From Myxococcota bacterium (GTDB lineage Bacteria; Myxococcota; XYA12-FULL-58-9; JABJBS01), in assembly GCA_036339465.1 (NCBI GenBank), contig JAYZAY010000038.1, forward strand, positions 1 through 42,012: a DNA stretch of 42,012 nucleotides. Direction: 5' to 3'. The translations under genes were made by a program, and so were the position numbers. Positions 39,390 through 42,012 of the stretch are shown in pieces. Under the pieces are notes generated by a model, which was given only the letters and a program-made list of their open reading frames with translations, ran no database searches and was not told the origin of the DNA. How positions within the stretch are numbered: the stretch's first letter is position 1; each line of letters starts with the position of its first letter.

Positions 39390-39788
39390 GTGATTGGACT
39401 ATTCACCCGTCTGGTACCCTTGGCAGTCGCATCCGCCGCGATCTCACAAAATGGTGATGAGATTAAGAATTTGGGAAGCCATCTCTTAAACATCGCGAAC
39501 AATCTAAGAGCTTCCGCTGAAATGCGAAGTATTTCGAAATCCATACGCCTAGACATGATCTCGGGCGAAGAATTCCCACAGGATATCGTCGACTATGCAA
39601 GACGGCGGATGGACAGTCAGGGACAAGATCCGAGCAAAGACCCTTGGTCGAAGGAATACCTGCTCATTGAGGCTGGGGATGGAAAATATCTCGTCTCTCT
39701 TGGGCCAGATGGAGAACTAGATACTGATGATGATATCGCCGTTAGGATTGTGGGTCGTGACGGTCGGTTCAACGCCAAAGATTATTAG
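39390..39788 (+). CDS. GspG (T2SS major pseudopilin) C-terminal-domain protein
   Basis: AGGAG RBS 7 nt before GTG 39390; N-terminal hydrophobic segment; DPWSKEY...LVSLGPDGELDTDDDI. Confidence 0.7.
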   Translation: MIGLFTRLVPLAVASAAISQNGDEIKNLGSHLLNIANNLRASAEMRSISKSIRLDMISGEEFPQDIVDYARRRMDSQGQDPSKDPWSKEYLLIEAGDGKYLVSLGPDGELDTDDDIAVRIVGRDGRFNAKDY

Positions 39789-39885
39789 ACAGTTGAAGAC
39801 ACCGAGGCACAAGTGCATTATACCTTGCATAGCATGCGCACTACTTGATAACTCCTTCCAATGATTTCTCAATTTGGAGGGAAAC

Positions 39886-40281
39886 ATGATTCAAACCCAT
39901 CTAGGCATCTCCCAAGAACTCTGTGGCATACCCATCAAAGTCGCAAATGGAGAAGCGATTGTCGAACTTAAAGCCACCCAAGAAATGACCGCCGATGAGC
40001 AAGGGCTGGTCCACGGTGGATTCTTGTTTGGACTTGCCGACTACGCTGCCATGCTGGCCGTCAACCACCCCAACGTCGTCTTGGGAAGAGCCGACGTGAA
40101 GTTCCTAAAGCCTAGCCGTGTAGGGAGTAAAAGTATTGCCAAGGCCAAGGTTATCGCTGAAGAAGGAAACAAGAAGGTGGTAGACGTTTTGGTCTCATCG
40201 GATAACATCAAGACACTCAAGGGAACCTTCACGTGTTTCGTGCTGGGCCAACATGTCCTGAGCGACCCAGAAAAAGATTAA
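39886..40281 (+). CDS. PaaI family hotdog-fold thioesterase
   Basis: GGAGG RBS before ATG 39886; GLVHGGFLFGLADYAAM, VKFLKP. Confidence 0.88.
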   Translation: MIQTHLGISQELCGIPIKVANGEAIVELKATQEMTADEQGLVHGGFLFGLADYAAMLAVNHPNVVLGRADVKFLKPSRVGSKSIAKAKVIAEEGNKKVVDVLVSSDNIKTLKGTFTCFVLGQHVLSDPEKD

Positions 40282-40435
40282 CACAAAGACTATATTCTCC
40301 AAACACCCCAGTTCCCCCTCCCCTCACGATCATACACAAATCATCTCTGGACGTGCAGGCTGTGGTGTGAGCTACCGCCTCGATGAATACAAATGACATG
40401 ATTGAAGAATTTTCAGACCCGGACTTTATAAACGC

Positions 40436-40785
40436 AGCGCCAGGGTTTACTGAATTTAACTCGCCCCAAAAAGAGGCCAATGGGTATCTGGCCGCGGGCC
40501 AAGGCCTTTTGGGCCTACCGCAGCCGAGAATGTAAAGTGAAAGCGCAGGATCACTTCATCCGAAACATGCCTTCATTAGGCAGAAGGCATGCTTCTAGCG
40601 CTCTTCCCGGAGCCATAAGACAGGTCAGGGCCGAGCTTTTGGCTCTGAGCTTCGGATGAAGTGTTTAACTCGCCCCAAAAAGACACAATCGGCACCGGCT
40701 GGCCCAAAAGGCTTAGGGCCGGTTGCCAAATAGACAAAGCGCCAGGGTTTACTGAATTTAACTCGCGCCAAAGAGACACAATCGG
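40436..40785. repeat. structured direct-repeat array: ~39-bp repeats separated by hairpin-forming spacers
   Basis: AGCGCCAGGGTTTACTGAATTTAACTCGC is identical at 40436-40464 and 40738-40766 (37/39 over 39 bp). TTTAACTCGC(C/G)CCAAA(A/G)AGA occurs at 40455, 40664 and 40757. Confidence 0.85.
40552..40663. other. 112-nt element bounded by a perfect 13-bp inverted repeat, with internal hairpins (MITE-like or structured RNA domain)
   Basis: CACTTCATCCGAA...TTCGGATGAAGTG; internal CATGCCTTC/GAAGGCATG and TCAGGGCCGA/TTGGCTCTGA. Confidence 0.6.
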
Positions 40786-40964
40786 GCAATCGGAGGTGTG
40801 GCTTTGGGAAATCGGTGGTCAAAAATAACGATGACGATGACGATGATAACAGGTTGCAGATTATACAGGGAAATGTTTTAAAATGCGAAAGTACACCCAA
40901 TATTTACATTGTTTTATTATGGGAATAGTGCTAAGGTATTCGTCTTGATCTCAAGGAGCCGAGC

Positions 40965-42012
40965 ATGAAAATAACACCGCCACACAAACCAATTTCTGAG
41001 AAACCAATCACAGAAAAGCTCACAAGCAAGCAATTGATGAATCAATGTGTTCAGCAGCTCAAGTTCAACAGAAAAGGGGAGGCGCGGTTTATCGCGCTCT
41101 TAAATGAGATAGACCATCGTCGCCTATTTGCCGAAGAAGGTTACTCCTCTATGTTTAAATTCTGTGTGGGGCATCTTCATCTCTCCGAGGCCGCAACCTA
41201 TAGACGGATCGGGGCAGGTCGCGTCATTCGGCAATATCCCATAGCCTTAGAGATGCTTGAAGAGGGCGAGATTCACCTAACCGCCATCAACATTATCCGG
41301 CCTTGTCTCACATCCGAAAATCACCTTGAGGTTTTGCGCCTTTGCAAGCATAAAACGAGAGTAGAAGTGGAGTTACTCGCAGCACAACTCTTCCCAAAGC
41401 GAGCAATCCATCAGAAAAAGAAAAAACCCAAGGCAGAGATTCGAGCCTTGCCCTCTTTTGCCTTTGATAATCTTGGTTTTGAGAATCCCCAAAGAGAACT
41501 CTCCCCAAAGCCTGCTGAAGCAAGTGCGCCCCCTAAGCAGAGTGAACTTAAGCAGGATGGGAATGGGCAGGATGGCAGTAAGAAAGAGGAAAGTGGCGTC
41601 TCAAAGCCCTCTCCTTCGCCTAGGAAATTTCGTCTTTCGGTGGATATAGAGCAATCAATCCAAGAGAAGTTAACGCGCGCCCAAGAGCTTTCGCCCTTTG
41701 GGAAGAGTTCGCTTCAGGATGTTCTTTCAGCCTCCCTTGACCTCCTCATAAAAGAACGCATGAAGATGAAATTTAAGCAGGTATCCTCTCCCTCTCGAGC
41801 ACCAGCTTCCACGCAGACGACAAAAGCGACAAAAGCGACAAAGGCGACAAAAGCGACAAAGGCGACAAAAGCGACAAAAGCGACAGGCCGCCACATTCCA
41901 AGCGCTATCAAGCGTGAGGTGGCAGATCGGGACAACTTTCAATGCACCTTTACCTCCAGCTCCGGTCATAGATGTAAGGAAAAGCAGGGTTTGGAGTATC
42001 ATCACCTTCAAG
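40965..42012 (+). CDS. HNH endonuclease with a DUF222-like N-terminal domain; truncated at the right window edge
   Basis: Absent from the ORF track. AGGAG RBS, ATG 40965, frame open to the window end: EIDHRRLFAEEGYSSMFKFCVGHLHLSEAATYRRI...GEIHLTAI...RHIPSAIKREVADRDNFQCTFTSSSGHRCKEKQGLEYHHLQ. Confidence 0.85.
   Translation, partial: MKITPPHKPISEKPITEKLTSKQLMNQCVQQLKFNRKGEARFIALLNEIDHRRLFAEEGYSSMFKFCVGHLHLSEAATYRRIGAGRVIRQYPIALEMLEEGEIHLTAINIIRPCLTSENHLEVLRLCKHKTRVEVELLAAQLFPKRAIHQKKKKPKAEIRALPSFAFDNLGFENPQRELSPKPAEASAPPKQSELKQDGNGQDGSKKEESGVSKPSPSPRKFRLSVDIEQSIQEKLTRAQELSPFGKSSLQDVLSASLDLLIKERMKMKFKQVSSPSRAPASTQTTKATKATKATKATKATKATKATGRHIPSAIKREVADRDNFQCTFTSSSGHRCKEKQGLEYHHLQ
41820..41885 (+). 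repeat. in-frame 9-bp tandem repeat (ACAAARGCG) x7 encoding (TKA)7
   Basis: Read directly; it forms the linker immediately before the HNH domain. Confidence 0.95.

Noticed and set aside
723..39556. The many short ORFs in the track that overlap the called genes (e.g. 5421..6134, 14148..14672, 32488..33120, 33535..33918)
   Set aside because: They are antisense or alternate-frame shadows of well-supported genes, with no recognisable motifs.
40552..40663. tRNA or tRNA-like gene in the multibranch element
   Set aside because: No TTCGA T-loop, D-loop GG, 7-nt anticodon loop or CCA end in the right positions.
40436..40785. Calling the repeat array a CRISPR array
   Set aside because: Only two intact repeats plus one split copy, long self-complementary spacers related to each other, and no cas genes in the window.
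40828..40845. (ACGATG)3 microsatellite upstream of the HNH gene
   Set aside because: Too short to distinguish from chance and no evident function.
41714..42011. Minus-strand ORFs with (VAF)n or (RFC)n repeats as Cys-rich peptide or RiPP precursors
   Set aside because: They are antisense readings of the 9-bp repeat inside the HNH gene.

Overview
Bacterial chromosomal window, most likely from a Myxococcota/Bradymonadales-like deltaproteobacterium (inferred from a myxobacterial-type PilZ protein, Cys-rich lipoproteins, sigma54 promoters and a myxobacterial/Bdellovibrio-type HNH protein). From left to right: a truncated GAF-PAS-PAS sensor that the ORF track misses; thiL; an accessory cluster of four large surface lipoproteins; pabB; lpxC with a sigma54 promoter and a 9-bp tandem repeat; ruvB; an Npt/TLC transporter-HEAT fusion; PilZ-rng; rnj; a leucine/isovalerate (liu-type) catabolic cluster around an unusual degenerate-GGDEF/GAF/sigma54 activator; a GmhB-like protein lacking its catalytic residues; a divergent PEP carboxylase; an M50-like/cNMP protein lacking its zinc motif, followed by a GspG-domain gene; a PaaI thioesterase; and a truncated HNH endonuclease gene that the ORF track also misses. 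The most notable signals are non-coding: (i) a structured repeat/spacer-like array with an inverted-repeat-bounded insert just upstream of the HNH gene (40436-40785); (ii) a ~195-nt rod-like fold-back covering the start codon of the 1101-aa lipoprotein (6562-6756); (iii) two sigma54 promoters sharing one GACAT-N2/3-ATGTC upstream palindrome. All calls come from manual reading and motif recognition; no searches or folding programs were run.
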